Origin: Pseudoduganella sp.
GTDB lineage: Bacteria; Pseudomonadota; Gammaproteobacteria; Burkholderiales; Burkholderiaceae_D
NCBI GenBank assembly: GCA_039593775.1
Contig: JBCNOP010000003.1
Location: forward strand, 19,521-83,520
DNA length: 64,000 bases
Direction: 5' to 3'
Part shown: positions 20,051-30,959 of the stretch, piece by piece
How the letters are laid out: each line of letters begins with the position of its first letter
Position numbering within the stretch: the first letter of the stretch is position 1
Program-made: the position numbers and the translations under genes
The notes under the pieces: generated by a model
Seen by the model: the letters and a program-made list of their open reading frames with translations, nothing else
Told to the model about the DNA's origin: nothing
The model's database searches: none

Positions 20051-20086
20051 AAAAAGCGGCAGTGCTCACGCACTGCCGCTTTTTTT
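20051..20086. terminator. Bidirectional intrinsic terminator between convergent galU and the MTase-GT gene
   Basis: aaaaagcggcagtgc-tcac-gcactgccgc followed by a T run. Confidence 0.9.
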
Positions 20087-20108
20087 AGATTGCCGTGTGG
20101 TCTCAGCC

Positions 20109-23100
20109 TCAAGAGACAACATTACGCACACGGCGCGCAATCTTCCATGTCAGTGTGCCAACCGCACGCACGAAACGGAAAAGGATCGGGAAGCGCGCCA
20201 AACGCGTGGCGATGCCGCGGACAGCACGAACCGACGCACGGTTCAACTCCGCCGACAACGCAACATTCTTACCGCATACAAGCACATACTCCGCATTCAG
20301 ACGGGTATGCTCCTCATTCAGACGGGCATGCTCCGCATTCAGTTGAGCGTGCGCCTCAGAAAGCGCATTGAACTCCAGACGCAGCGCATGACCAGCATCG
20401 CCGTTACGGCAGAGTTCTGCCTGGACTGCATACACTTCCTGTTGCAGCCTGCTGATTTCGTCGCGCAAGCCCTGTTCGTCGTCGCGCGCATGGCGCAACA
20501 CCGCCTGCAAACGGAAACTATCAAAGCGCGGCAATCCGGCCAGGTTGCGCGAAAGGCGGCGCATGGCCGGCCAGGTCTTGTAGGTGCGCAGCATGGATTG
20601 CTTGCGTACCCGGTACAAGCAGTCTGGCTGGGGAATGATGCCGATCCGGTGTCCCGACGATACCAGCTTGAGATATAAAGCCCAATCTTCCCACATCGAT
20701 TTTTCACTCTCATCCCAGCCACCGAGTTCGCGCATAATGCTGGTGCGGAATCCCGAATTGGCATGGCCCAGGTGGTTGGCGAGCAGGGATGCGACGACGC
20801 CGTCGCCCAGTGGGCGGTAAGAATGGCGGTCGAGCGAAAATTCGTTGAAGTCGGTCGTTTCGTCGAAAGCTTTCAGGTACGGCACGGCCGCGCCACAGCG
20901 CGGTTCCGCATCGAGCAAGCGAACAATATTGCGTACGAAGTCGTTCAACGGCACATCGTCCGAGTCGACGTTAATCACATATTCGGTGTTCGCTGCGTAC
21001 AGTGCCGTATTGCGGGCACCTGCCAGTCCCTTGTTCTTCGGATGGCTGATCAGCCGGTAAGGAAGGCGCAACTCACGCTGCAACAACTGTTCAAGCTGGC
21101 TCGCATAGCCCGGCTGCGAGGCGTCGTCGACAAAAATGACTTCAGTTGGCGTCAAGCTCTGGTTGTTCAATCCAAACACCAGGTCGCTAACCAGTTTCAG
21201 TTCCGTGTTAAAGACCGGGACGATAACCGTTGCCCGTCCCTGAGGACGCTTGACCTGCACTTGCTCCGGCGCTTTCGCGAAGCCGAACGTATGGAAGGCT
21301 TGATTGATTTCATCCTGCGCGGCGACCATCGCGCCGAGGAAGTTCGTCCGCAAGCGATGGCGCTCCTCGACTGGCATTTTGACCAAGGCGCTGACAGTTG
21401 CCAGCAGCGACTCTTCAGTGGCATCCGCTAGCAGGGCCCGGTCGAATGGTTCCGGATAGAGTTCGGGGACGCCGCCGGCTCGCACCATCACCGGCAAGAT
21501 CCCGGCAAAGGTAGCTTCCAGCATGGCGTACGGATGATTGTCCCCGAGATAAGGCATCATGCAGATTGCCCTGTTGGCCAAGCCCTGCAGTTGCTCGATG
21601 GCCGCAGCTTGACCCAGCGACGTGAGCTCGACCAATTCAAATTGGTGGCGCAGCGCTTCCATGCGCGCAGTATTTTCCGGCGTCTCGCCAACACGCGGAC
21701 CGATGACCACGATGCGCTTGATGCCGAGCGCGCGCAAGGATTCGGCGCCGAGGGCAAGTGCTCCAAGGCACAGGCCGAAGCCCTTCATGACCGAGCGCTT
21801 GCCGAAGAATACCAGCGTGTCAGCCCGCTCAGTCCGTCCCACCTCTGCCGCTTCCGCCAGGTACGGGTAACGCAGTTGGACAATCTTCTCGTCCGCGATT
21901 TCAATTCCGCTCTCGCGATAGAGGTTGCGCAGGAATACCGTGGGGAAGAAGACGATATCGGCATTCTCGATGGAGATCTTTTCACGCTCCGCGACGCCCA
22001 TATGCCCGGTCCCGTACCAGGTCTGATTCGCATTCTCCAGATAGTGGGTGGCGCCGTGGCAGTGCACCACCAGCCTCACCCATTGCGGGAACAGGCCTGC
22101 GCGCTTGGCTTGCGCCAGGCGGCAGCCATGGCCTTGGTAATCGCCGTATTCGATGGTGCCGATGTTCGGGAAATAGAACAGGAGCTGAAGTGTCGCCTTC
22201 AGGGTCAGGTCTTCCAGGGGCAGAGCCCAATCGGATTCGTCGACCAGCATTTGTGGCGTTACCAGCTGGTGGCGCTTGAACGCCGCGCTATCGATCTTGG
22301 CTTGTTGGCCATTGAACAGGCAGAGCGTATTCTCCAGTCCATACGTCATGCGCTGCGCCGCGACAAAGGCGCCAATGCCGCCGGTGGCGTGCAAGCCGGC
22401 ATATTCTGCCGTCACCAGCAGATGGCTTGGCAGCACGTCGCCATGCAGCAGCCCCCGCTCGCGCAGGAATGCCAGGTAGTACGCCGTCTCACAGCGCAGC
22501 TCAACATAGATGGTGGAGTATTTGTCGTCGAACTGGTTGGCCCGGGTATGGCCGTAGCGTTCAATCTGGAAACCCGCGGCCAGGCAGAAGGTCGCCAGTT
22601 CCTCATGGGTCCACTCGCGCACGTGGGCATTGTTGTCCGGCGCCGTGCCGTAGGTATCGTAGTTCATCACCTGGCGGTCCGGGGTGGACAACACGAGGCG
22701 GTTGGAGCCATGCTGCATCAACACCGTGCGGAGCTGCGCCAGCAGCAGCCTCGGATCGGGGATATGTTCGATAACGTCCGACAAAATCATCAGGACCGGT
22801 TCGCCCGAGCTCAGCTCGCCGAACACACGGGCCAGGTCGCCGCTGGAATTCAGGTCGCATTCCACCCAGCGCGCATTGGGGAAGGTGCCGGATGCCAGTT
22901 CGAGCGAACCATGGAAATCCAGTCCAACGGTTTCGAACTGATCGGCCGGAAAGTAATGGATCAGCTTTTCGCCATTGCCGCAGCCGACATCGATAACGCG
23001 CTTGATGCCGCAACGGTCGGCCACGGCACGCGCTTCCGCGTAGACGTCCGGTTGCCAGATCACATTGTTGCTCGGGGTGTCCGCATACAAGGCGTTGATT

Positions 23101-23219
23101 TCGCGCGCCACGCCATGGCTTGCGAAATTGCGCTCAGGCGTGGCCATGCGCACGTCCAGCGGTACACCTGGCAGTTCGCGCCGATGGATGGGTTCTGAGG
23201 AGAAGTTGAATTTAGTCAT
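20109..23219 (-). CDS. Multidomain SAM methyltransferase - GT4 - GT2 - coiled-coil protein (O-antigen synthesis and chain termination)
   Basis: MTase: 'IDVGCGNG', 'DVIEH', 'LSTP'. GT4-like: 'GGIG', 'HCHG', 'FFGKRSVMKG', 'DNHPYAMLEA'. GT2: 'IVPVFN', 'DDAS', 'VDSDD', 'WEDW'. Heptad-repeat tail. Confidence 0.85.
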   Translation of the reverse strand: MTKFNFSSEPIHRRELPGVPLDVRMATPERNFASHGVAREINALYADTPSNNVIWQPDVYAEARAVADRCGIKRVIDVGCGNGEKLIHYFPADQFETVGLDFHGSLELASGTFPNARWVECDLNSSGDLARVFGELSSGEPVLMILSDVIEHIPDPRLLLAQLRTVLMQHGSNRLVLSTPDRQVMNYDTYGTAPDNNAHVREWTHEELATFCLAAGFQIERYGHTRANQFDDKYSTIYVELRCETAYYLAFLRERGLLHGDVLPSHLLVTAEYAGLHATGGIGAFVAAQRMTYGLENTLCLFNGQQAKIDSAAFKRHQLVTPQMLVDESDWALPLEDLTLKATLQLLFYFPNIGTIEYGDYQGHGCRLAQAKRAGLFPQWVRLVVHCHGATHYLENANQTWYGTGHMGVAEREKISIENADIVFFPTVFLRNLYRESGIEIADEKIVQLRYPYLAEAAEVGRTERADTLVFFGKRSVMKGFGLCLGALALGAESLRALGIKRIVVIGPRVGETPENTARMEALRHQFELVELTSLGQAAAIEQLQGLANRAICMMPYLGDNHPYAMLEATFAGILPVMVRAGGVPELYPEPFDRALLADATEESLLATVSALVKMPVEERHRLRTNFLGAMVAAQDEINQAFHTFGFAKAPEQVQVKRPQGRATVIVPVFNTELKLVSDLVFGLNNQSLTPTEVIFVDDASQPGYASQLEQLLQRELRLPYRLISHPKNKGLAGARNTALYAANTEYVINVDSDDVPLNDFVRNIVRLLDAEPRCGAAVPYLKAFDETTDFNEFSLDRHSYRPLGDGVVASLLANHLGHANSGFRTSIMRELGGWDESEKSMWEDWALYLKLVSSGHRIGIIPQPDCLYRVRKQSMLRTYKTWPAMRRLSRNLAGLPRFDSFRLQAVLRHARDDEQGLRDEISRLQQEVYAVQAELCRNGDAGHALRLEFNALSEAHAQLNAEHARLNEEHTRLNAEYVLVCGKNVALSAELNRASVRAVRGIATRLARFPILFRFVRAVGTLTWKIARRVRNVVS
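20289..20351 (-). repeat. 3 x 21-bp imperfect tandem repeat encoding coiled-coil heptads
   Basis: ctccgcattcagacgggtatg / ctcctcattcagacgggcatg / ctccgcattcagttgagcgtg, encoding HAQLNAE-HARLNEE-HTRLNAE. Confidence 0.85.
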
Positions 23220-23231
23220 ATTCGTGTTTCG

Positions 23232-24596
23232 TTAATTCGTAGTCGAGAGCGCTTCGGCGGCATGCTGGCCGGGGGCAGCTCCTGTCACCGCTCCGGCCGC
23301 CTCAACTTCCGCAGGCAGCCGGACCGCACCCCAGAACTTGCGGTTGCCGGTGACGGAAATGGCCGCGAAGTCGTATAGACCGTAGCACTCGCGATAGCTT
23401 TGCAGGGAATCGTGCTGCGCCACGCCGGCAATCAGCAGGTAGTCGCCTGGCATCAGGTCGGCCTTGACGCGCGCAGTCAGCAGGCGGCGTTCGCCCGCAC
23501 GCACCGGTCCGATCGGGTTTCCGGTATAGAAAGTATGTGCGCCACCAATCAGCGTCCCGGAGCGGTCGCGAATGCCAACACCGAAATCGAGTTGCTCATG
23601 GTCCGCGTGGAAGTGCACATCAAGCTTGATCGTAATCCAGTCGCCCACCGAATGATTGAGGCTGGTCTCGCCTTGCCCATTGAGTACATAAACCTGGTCG
23701 ATATAAACAGTACCGTCGTCGACCACATGGTCACGCCTGACCGGGACCGGCTCTGCCGCCGGCAGCGCAACCTGCGCCGTGGGTGCTGCGGTCGCATCCT
23801 GTCCTGCAACGCTGGACGGCTTGCTCGCGGCCGGCTGCTCGCGGCTCATCTTGTAATACACGTTCACCGCATCGGCAGTGGCGCCCTCGAACACCTTGCG
23901 TCCTTTATCGAGCACGATCGCGCGCGTGCATATCCGCTCTACCGAATACGTATCGTGCGTGACGAAGAATACCGTGCCACCGCGCTCGCGGAATTCATCC
24001 AGCTTGCGCATGCAGCGGGCCTGGAAGAACACGTCGCCCACCGACAGAATTTCGTCAACCACGAGGATTTCAGGATCGAGCGCAGTTGCCACGGCAAATG
24101 CCAAGCGGGCATACATACCACTGCTATACGTCTTGACCGGCTGCTCGATGAACTCGCCAATGTCGGCAAATGCGGCAATCTCTTCGAATTTGCGCTCGAT
24201 CTGTTCGCGTGGCAAGCCGAAGATGGCCGCATTCAGGAACACGTTTTCACGCCCGCTGAATTCGGGATTGAAGCCCGCGCCCAGTTCCAGCAAGGCCGTG
24301 ATCTTGCCGCCGATCGCAACCTCGCCACTGGACGGGGTCAGGGTGCCGGAAATCATCTGCAGCAAGGTCGATTTGCCCGAGCCATTGCGGCCTAGTACAC
24401 CAATGGTTTCGCCACGGCGGACTTCAAACGAAATATCCTGCAGGGCCCAGAAATCGCGGTAATACTGTTTCGGCGACAGCCCCGCCAGGCGCCGCGCAGG
24501 CGGCAGCAGGAACTGTTTCAGGCGATCGCGCGGCTGCTCGTAAATGTGGTAGCTCTTGCTAAGGTTTTTTACGGTAATAACTACTTCAGAGGACAT
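23232..24596 (-). CDS. wzt: O-antigen ABC transporter ATP-binding subunit with C-terminal carbohydrate-binding domain
   Basis: Walker A GRNGSGKS, signature YSSGM, 'VVDEILSVGD', roughly 150-aa Ig-like C-terminal extension. Start ATG 24596. Confidence 0.95.
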   Translation of the reverse strand: MSSEVVITVKNLSKSYHIYEQPRDRLKQFLLPPARRLAGLSPKQYYRDFWALQDISFEVRRGETIGVLGRNGSGKSTLLQMISGTLTPSSGEVAIGGKITALLELGAGFNPEFSGRENVFLNAAIFGLPREQIERKFEEIAAFADIGEFIEQPVKTYSSGMYARLAFAVATALDPEILVVDEILSVGDVFFQARCMRKLDEFRERGGTVFFVTHDTYSVERICTRAIVLDKGRKVFEGATADAVNVYYKMSREQPAASKPSSVAGQDATAAPTAQVALPAAEPVPVRRDHVVDDGTVYIDQVYVLNGQGETSLNHSVGDWITIKLDVHFHADHEQLDFGVGIRDRSGTLIGGAHTFYTGNPIGPVRAGERRLLTARVKADLMPGDYLLIAGVAQHDSLQSYRECYGLYDFAAISVTGNRKFWGAVRLPAEVEAAGAVTGAAPGQHAAEALSTTN

Positions 24597-25413
24597 CGGC
24601 AAAACCCTTCCGCGTTTTCTGGAACCACGCAAAACCCAACCACGCAACGAACGCCGAAATTGCGGTCCAATAGCCCCACTGCGCCCAGTCCAGCTGCTTA
24701 CCCCAGATCATGACATTGCGGGTATCTTCCACGATGTAGGTCAGTGGGCTGTACAGCATGGCTTCACGCAGGTTTTCAGGCACAGCTGCCATCGGATAGA
24801 ACACTGGCGACAAGTACATCAGCACCATGACCACTACGCTGATGACCTGGCCAACGTCGCGCAGGTAGACGCCCAGCGAAGCAAGCAGCCACGCCAAGCC
24901 CAGCGTCAGCAGCATCAACGGAATAAAGATCAGGAACACCTGCAGGGCCGCCAAGCTCGGCACGGTGAAAAAGACCAGGAAAAAGAGCAGCCAGACAATC
25001 AGGCTCACCATCAGATGGAAGGCGGCAGAACCCAGCGTGACCACCGGCAGGATCTCCAGCGGGAAAATGACCTTCTTCACGTAGTTGGCATTGTTCAGGA
25101 TCAGGCCCGGCGCCCGGTTGAGCACTTCGCCGAACAGGTTGAACATCAACATGCCGGTAAACATGATCAGGGCAAACTCAACCTTGGAGTCCGAGCCGCC
25201 AGCCCAGCGTGCCTTGAATACGACACTGAACATGAAGGTATACACTGCGAGCATCAACAAGGGGTTGAAGAACGACCAGAGCAAACCCATGGTGGAGCCA
25301 CGGTAGCGGCCCACCACTTCACGCTTGATCAGGTCAAAGATGAGGCGGCGATTCTTGTATAGCGACGCCAGCAGCGCCAACGGCTGCGTCGATTGCGGCG
25401 CGTGCGGATTCAT
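24586..25413 (-). CDS. wzm: O-antigen ABC transporter permease
   Basis: '[21 protein letters not shown]', 'YVKKVIFP', 'YLRD', 'YLSPVFYP', 'GFADVL'. Start ATG 25413. Confidence 0.95.
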   Translation of the reverse strand: MNPHAPQSTQPLALLASLYKNRRLIFDLIKREVVGRYRGSTMGLLWSFFNPLLMLAVYTFMFSVVFKARWAGGSDSKVEFALIMFTGMLMFNLFGEVLNRAPGLILNNANYVKKVIFPLEILPVVTLGSAAFHLMVSLIVWLLFFLVFFTVPSLAALQVFLIFIPLMLLTLGLAWLLASLGVYLRDVGQVISVVVMVLMYLSPVFYPMAAVPENLREAMLYSPLTYIVEDTRNVMIWGKQLDWAQWGYWTAISAFVAWLGFAWFQKTRKGFADVL

Positions 25414-26417
25414 TCGTAGCCCTGCGGGTTTTGTTTTTGCCAATTCCAATGGTCGCGGCACATGGCGGCGAGGTCGCGTTCGGCCTTCCAACCGAGATAG
25501 TGCTCGGCAAAGGTGGGGTCTGCAAAACAGGCGGCGACATCGCCCGGCCGGCGCGGCGAGACGCGATAGGGCACAGCCTGGCCGCTCGCAAACTCGAAGG
25601 CCTTGACGACATCCAGCACGCTGTAGCCGTTGCCGGTGCCCAGGTTCACCTCGGCACACTGGGGTGCATCCAGGCGCTCCAACGCTTTCAGGTGGCCCAA
25701 CGCCAGATCGACCACATGGATATAGTCGCGCACGCCAGTACCGTCGTCGGTCGCATAGTCGTTGCCCCATACGTTCAAGTATTCGCGGCGGCCGACTGCA
25801 ACCTGCGCCACGAAAGGCATCAGGTTATTAGGAATGCCCAGCGGGTTCTCACCGATCCGGCCGCTGTGGTGGGCCCCGACCGGGTTGAAATAGCGCAGGA
25901 TGGCAATGCGCCAGTCAGGGCTCGCACGATACAGGTCGCGCAGCATCTCTTCAATAATGAGCTTGCTGCGGCCGTAAGGATTGGTAGCCGACAGCGGATG
26001 GTCCTCGGTCAGCGGCAAGCGCTGCGGTTCACCGTAAACGGTGGCGGAGGAACTGAACACGAGCTTACTCACGCCGCAAGCTTGCATGGCAGCCAGCAGG
26101 CGGTGGGTACCCACCACGTTGTTATCGTAATACATCAGCGGCTTTTCAACCGATTCGCCGACTGCCTTCAAGCCGGCGAAATGGATTACGGCCTTGCAGC
26201 CATATTGGCGCAAAGTGGCTTCAATTGCGGCCTGATCGCGAATATCGCCTTCAACCAGGGCCAGCTTGCGCCCGGTGATCTGTTCAACACGCTTCAGTGC
26301 TTCAGGATGGCTGTTGCTGAAATTATCGAAAACAACGACCTCATGCCCTCCCTGGAGCAGTTCGACGCAGGTGTGCGAACCGATGTAGCCGGCTCCGCCG
26401 GTAACCAGAATACTCAT
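25410..26417 (-). CDS. galE: UDP-glucose 4-epimerase
   Basis: '[12 protein letters not shown]', 'FSSSATVYG', YGRSK, '[10 protein letters not shown]', '[10 protein letters not shown]'. Confidence 0.97.
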   Translation of the reverse strand: MSILVTGGAGYIGSHTCVELLQGGHEVVVFDNFSNSHPEALKRVEQITGRKLALVEGDIRDQAAIEATLRQYGCKAVIHFAGLKAVGESVEKPLMYYDNNVVGTHRLLAAMQACGVSKLVFSSSATVYGEPQRLPLTEDHPLSATNPYGRSKLIIEEMLRDLYRASPDWRIAILRYFNPVGAHHSGRIGENPLGIPNNLMPFVAQVAVGRREYLNVWGNDYATDDGTGVRDYIHVVDLALGHLKALERLDAPQCAEVNLGTGNGYSVLDVVKAFEFASGQAVPYRVSPRRPGDVAACFADPTFAEHYLGWKAERDLAAMCRDHWNWQKQNPQGYE

Positions 26418-26959
26418 GCAAACACCTCCGCATGGCGCAACGCAGTACCCTGTGCATCCTTGGCCGACAGCGAAGGGGGGCCTTCGAAGCGCCAGTCGAT
26501 CGCCAGGTCCGGGTCATTCCAGGCGATGCTGCGTTCGTATTGCGGGGCGTAATAGTCGGTGGTCTTGTACAGGAACTCGGCGGAATCGCTCAGCACGACA
26601 AAGCCGTGGCCGAAGCCTTCCGGAACCCACAACTGGCGCTTGTTCTCGGCGCTCAGGATTTCCCCGACCCATTTGCCGAACGTCGGCGAACTTTTACGCA
26701 AGTCGACAGCGACGTCGAACACCGTGCCAGCCACTACGCGCACCAGCTTGCCCTGTGCTTGCTGGATCTGGTAATGCAGGCCGCGCAGCACGCCCTTGAC
26801 CGAGCGCGAATGATTATCCTGCACGAAGTCGACACTGCGGCCGACCGCTGCTTCAAAGCGTGCCTGATTGAAGCTCTCGTAGAAGAAACCGCGATCGTCG
26901 CCAAACACTTTCGGTTCAATCAGCAGCACGTCCGGAATACTCAAGCGGGTTACATTCAT
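26414..26959 (-). CDS. rmlC: dTDP-4-dehydrorhamnose 3,5-epimerase
   Basis: '[11 protein letters not shown]', 'VQDNHSRS', 'LRGLHYQ', 'GFGHGF'. Start ATG 26959. Confidence 0.97.
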   Translation of the reverse strand: MNVTRLSIPDVLLIEPKVFGDDRGFFYESFNQARFEAAVGRSVDFVQDNHSRSVKGVLRGLHYQIQQAQGKLVRVVAGTVFDVAVDLRKSSPTFGKWVGEILSAENKRQLWVPEGFGHGFVVLSDSAEFLYKTTDYYAPQYERSIAWNDPDLAIDWRFEGPPSLSAKDAQGTALRHAEVFA

Positions 26960-27840
26960 CAATACACCTTTTCGTCCAGGATGCGCAGCAGGTATTGGCC
27001 ATAGCCGTTCTTGGCCAGCGGGCGCGCCAGTTGTTCCAGCTGCGCTGCGTCGATCCATTTCTGGCGGAAGGCGATTTCCTCAGGACACGCCACTTTCAGG
27101 CCTTGACGGTTTTCCAAGGTAGCAATGAACTGGCCGGCCTCGAGCAGCGACTCGTGGGTGCCGGTGTCGAGCCAGGCATAGCCGCGGCCCATGATTTCGA
27201 CATTGAGCTTGCCCTGCTCCAGGTACAGGCGGTTCAGGTCGGTGATTTCGAGCTCGCCGCGGGGCGAAGGCTTCAAGCTCTTGGCCAGTTCAGTCACGTG
27301 GTTGTCGTAGAAGTAAAGCCCGGTCACGGCATAGTTCGACTTCGGTTTGGCTGGCTTTTCCTCGAGCGACAGCACGCGCCGCTGCTCGTCGAACTCCGCC
27401 ACACCGTAGCGCTCCGGGTCCTGCACGTGGTAGGCGAAGACGCTGGCGCCTTCGGTGCGCGCCATGGCGTTACCGAGCAGGTCCTGGAATTCATGGCCAT
27501 AGAAAATGTTATCGCCCAGCACCAGAGCCGACAGGTCATTGCCGATGAATTTCTCGCCGATGATAAACGCTTGCGCCAGGCCATCGGGCGACTCTTGCAC
27601 AGCATACTCCAGGTTCAGACCCCAGCGCTCGCCGTTGCCCAGCAATTGCTGGAAGCGCGGCGTGTCCTGCGGGGTCGAAATGATCAGGATATCGCAGATG
27701 CCGGCCAGCATCAGGGTGCTGAGCGGGTAATAAATCATCGGCTTGTCAAACACCGGCAGCAATTGCTTGCTGATTGCCAGGGTGGCCGGATGCAGGCGGG
27801 TGCCGGAGCCGCCGGCGAGGATAATGCCTTTGCGTTTCAT
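26959..27840 (-). CDS. rmlA: Glucose-1-phosphate thymidylyltransferase
   Basis: '[14 protein letters not shown]', '[16 protein letters not shown]', 'RGELEITD', 'WLDTGT'. Confidence 0.98.
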   Translation of the reverse strand: MKRKGIILAGGSGTRLHPATLAISKQLLPVFDKPMIYYPLSTLMLAGICDILIISTPQDTPRFQQLLGNGERWGLNLEYAVQESPDGLAQAFIIGEKFIGNDLSALVLGDNIFYGHEFQDLLGNAMARTEGASVFAYHVQDPERYGVAEFDEQRRVLSLEEKPAKPKSNYAVTGLYFYDNHVTELAKSLKPSPRGELEITDLNRLYLEQGKLNVEIMGRGYAWLDTGTHESLLEAGQFIATLENRQGLKVACPEEIAFRQKWIDAAQLEQLARPLAKNGYGQYLLRILDEKVY

Positions 27841-27852
27841 GCGGTTTTCCGT

Positions 27853-28731
27853 TCAGGAGAGTTGTTCAATAAGGCGGTCGACGTGGATCTTCCAGTCAGG
27901 AAGCTGCAGGCCGAGAGCGGCGGACAGTTTGCTGGTGTCGAGCCGGGAATTCTTGGGCCGCTTGGCCGGCACCGGATAGGACTCAGTTGGGATCGGCTTG
28001 ATTTGCGCCGGATCGACTTTGAGAACCGCACCACGCGCCTTGGCACGCTCGATCGCATAACTGGCCAAGCCATGCCAGCTGGTGGCGCCGGAGGCAGTCA
28101 GGTGATAGATGCCGCCCGCCAGTGCGCCGCGGCGGTAGGCTGCCACGGCCAAGGCCGTGACGTCGGCAATCAGTTCGGCCGAAGTCGGGGCGCCGAACTG
28201 GTCGGCCACCACGTTCAGGCAGTCGCGTTCGCCAGCCAGGCGCAGCATTGTCTTGATGAAGTTGCCGCCATGGGCAGAAAACACCCAGCTCGTGCGGAAG
28301 ACCAAGGCCTTGCAGGCGCTGGCTAGGATGGCTTCTTCGCCGGCGCGCTTGCTCCGGCCATAGGCGCTTTGCGGTGCGGTGGCGTCGTCTTCGACATAAG
28401 GCGACGCCTTGTCGCCATCGAACACATAGTCGGTCGAGTAGTGCACCAGCAAGGCACCATGCGTGCTTGCATACGCCGCCATCGCAGCCACAGCGGCACC
28501 GTTGACTGCCAGCGCCCCGGCTTCGTCGGCCTCGGCGCGATCGACCGCCGTGTAGGCGGACGCGTTGACGATGACGTCGGCAGCCTGGCCCTCGAGCACC
28601 TGCTTCAATGCAGCAGGGTCGTTCAGGTCAAGGCCATCCCGCCCCAGCGCCACCAGCTCGCCCAAAGGCAGCAGGGTGCGCTGCAGTTCGTGACCAACCT
28701 GGCCATTCTTGCCGATCAGCAGGATCTTCAT
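27853..28731 (-). CDS. rmlD: dTDP-4-dehydrorhamnose reductase
   Basis: 'GKNGQVG', 'AYTAVDRAE', '[10 protein letters not shown]', YGRSK. Confidence 0.97.
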   Translation of the reverse strand: MKILLIGKNGQVGHELQRTLLPLGELVALGRDGLDLNDPAALKQVLEGQAADVIVNASAYTAVDRAEADEAGALAVNGAAVAAMAAYASTHGALLVHYSTDYVFDGDKASPYVEDDATAPQSAYGRSKRAGEEAILASACKALVFRTSWVFSAHGGNFIKTMLRLAGERDCLNVVADQFGAPTSAELIADVTALAVAAYRRGALAGGIYHLTASGATSWHGLASYAIERAKARGAVLKVDPAQIKPIPTESYPVPAKRPKNSRLDTSKLSAALGLQLPDWKIHVDRLIEQLS

Positions 28732-29786
28732 GCGTATTGTTTCTCAACCCAATTGCGGTAATTGCCGCTGGTGACGTTCTGCACCCAGTCGCCATTGGCC
28801 AGATACCACTGCACCGTCTTGCGGATGCCGGTTTCAAAGGTTTCGGCCGGCTTCCAGCCCAGTTCGCGCTCCAGCTTGCTGGCATCGATCGCGTAGCGCT
28901 TGTCGTGGCCCGGACGATCCTTCACGAAGGTAATCTGGGTCTTGTACGACTGCGCGTCGGCACGTGGCTGCAGTTCGTCGAGGATGGCGCACAGCGTATG
29001 GACGACGTCGAGGTTGGCCTTTTCATTCCAGCCGCCGACGTTATAGGTCTCGCCCAGGGTGCCGGCTTCCAGTACGCGGCGGATGGCGCTGCAGTGGTCC
29101 TTCACGTACAGCCAGTCGCGGATCTGCTGGCCGTCGCCGTAGATCGGCAGCGCCTTGCCGGACAGGGCGTTGTGGATCACCAGCGGAATCAGCTTTTCCG
29201 GGAAGTGGTAAGGGCCGTAGTTGTTCGAGCAATTGGTGGTCAGCACTGGCAAGCCATAAGTGTGGTGATAGGCGCGCACCAGATGGTCGCTGGCGGCCTT
29301 GCTGGCCGAATAGGGGCTGTTCGGCTCGTAGCGGTGATGCTCGGTGAAGGCCGGCGCCTGCGGCTCCAGCGAACCGTAGACTTCATCGGTCGACACGTGC
29401 AGGAAGCGGAAAGCCGCCTTGTCTTCGCCTTCCAGCCCGTCCCAATAGGCGCGCGTGGCTTCCAGCAGGTTGAACGTGCCGACGATGTTGGTCTGGATGA
29501 ACTCGCCAGGACCATGGATCGAACGGTCCACGTGGCTTTCGGCGGCAAAGTTCAGGATGGCGCGCGGCTGGTGCTCCGCCAGCAGCGTCGCCACCCTTTC
29601 GCGGTCGCCGATATCGGCATGCACGAACACGTGGCGAGGGTCGCCGTCGAGGCTGCGCAGGCTATCCAGGTTGCCAGCATAGGTCAGCTTGTCGAGATTG
29701 ACGACTTTCTCGTCGAATTGAGCCAGCCAGTCCAGGACAAAATTACCGCCAATGAATCCGGCGCCGCCGGTAACCAGAATTGTCAT
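28728..29786 (-). CDS. rmlB: dTDP-glucose 4,6-dehydratase
   Basis: 'GGAGFIG', '[10 protein letters not shown]', 'HVSTDEVYG', YSASK, 'DRPGHD'. Confidence 0.98.
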   Translation of the reverse strand: MTILVTGGAGFIGGNFVLDWLAQFDEKVVNLDKLTYAGNLDSLRSLDGDPRHVFVHADIGDRERVATLLAEHQPRAILNFAAESHVDRSIHGPGEFIQTNIVGTFNLLEATRAYWDGLEGEDKAAFRFLHVSTDEVYGSLEPQAPAFTEHHRYEPNSPYSASKAASDHLVRAYHHTYGLPVLTTNCSNNYGPYHFPEKLIPLVIHNALSGKALPIYGDGQQIRDWLYVKDHCSAIRRVLEAGTLGETYNVGGWNEKANLDVVHTLCAILDELQPRADAQSYKTQITFVKDRPGHDKRYAIDASKLERELGWKPAETFETGIRKTVQWYLANGDWVQNVTSGNYRNWVEKQYA

Positions 29787-29790
29787 TTTC

Positions 29791-30729
29791 TCAAATCTTC
29801 TTAAAAATTGCCGCTGCCAGCAGGCCGAGGTTGCCTAGCAAGGTTTGGCGGTGAATGCCGGATTTCTTCAAATCTATCAGTCGCGGTACCAGGGAACGCT
29901 TGCGCGCCCGGGCCAGCAGTTCGAGCGTGTAGCGGCTCTCGGGCGTGAGGCGCGGACGCAGTCGCTCCAGCGCTACCAAATGGCGCTCATTCCAGGTGCG
30001 CAGGTGGCCCTGCCACAACATGCGGATGCGTACCCGCCGTGCTGCCCAGGTCGAATTGGTGCCCACCAGGTTGTTGCCATGCTGCCGATAACGCAGGGAT
30101 GGATAGGCGTCGTACTTGACCTTGCCGCCGCAACCCGTCACTACCATGTACACCCAGCTGTCATGCGAGACTACTTCAATATTCTCGCCGGCTTCGCACA
30201 ACAGGCGGCGCGCTGCTTGGTTGAACACCATCGTATTCGCGCCACCAATGCTCTGAATCAGGGCATTGGCAAAGCTTGGCGGCTTGGAAAACAATGCGGA
30301 CAGGCCGATATCGCGATTTTCGGCATCAACTAACCGTGTTCGCGAGCAATACAACGCAGGCACATCCGCCGGGTTGCCACGCAGCCATTCCACCGCCCGC
30401 CGCAATTTGTCCTTTTCCCAAATATCATCCTGGTCCGAAAAAGCGTAGTACTCGGCCTGGATATCGGCCTTGCAGGTTAGGGACAGGAAGTTGGAAACAA
30501 AACCTTCCGCCGGGCCGTAATGGATCGAGATGCGCTTGCCCCCCCACTTTTCCTGGTAGCGCTTCAGGATCGCATGGGTATCATCTTCCGAACCATCGTC
30601 CGAAGCCCATACCTCCCAATTCGGGTATGTTTGCCTCTCAATCGAGTCCAGTTGATCGGCCAGAAAATGCTGACCGTGATATGTACAAAGCAGAATCGCT
30701 ACCTTTGGCAGGGTATTGTCTTCTTGCAT
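29791..30729 (-). CDS. GT2 rhamnosyltransferase-like (WapR/MigA/RgpB-type)
   Basis: 'AILLCTYHG', 'SDDGSED', 'SDQDDIW', 'HDSW', 'YRQH'. Start ATG 30729. Confidence 0.85.
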   Translation of the reverse strand: MQEDNTLPKVAILLCTYHGQHFLADQLDSIERQTYPNWEVWASDDGSEDDTHAILKRYQEKWGGKRISIHYGPAEGFVSNFLSLTCKADIQAEYYAFSDQDDIWEKDKLRRAVEWLRGNPADVPALYCSRTRLVDAENRDIGLSALFSKPPSFANALIQSIGGANTMVFNQAARRLLCEAGENIEVVSHDSWVYMVVTGCGGKVKYDAYPSLRYRQHGNNLVGTNSTWAARRVRIRMLWQGHLRTWNERHLVALERLRPRLTPESRYTLELLARARKRSLVPRLIDLKKSGIHRQTLLGNLGLLAAAIFKKI

Positions 30730-30959
30730 AGTTAATACGCCTCTTCGCCTGGGGGCCATTTAGCCACCAAACATATTACATTTGCCACACAATTAGCCTG
30801 GTTAACGCAGAACGGCCCTCGCGGGCCCCTGTAAACCGGCGTAAGCATTCTGCTCTTGCGCCCGAAAATTGGCCAACATTCTAACATCCTGACACATCTA
30901 CCGCCACTTACAGCGCCTTCAGCGTGCATTCCGTTCCACAGTGGGGCTGCGGGCCATGG

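Noticed and set aside
20289-20351. Short direct repeats as a possible CRISPR array
   Set aside because: Contiguous in-frame coding repeats without spacers; no cas genes in the window.
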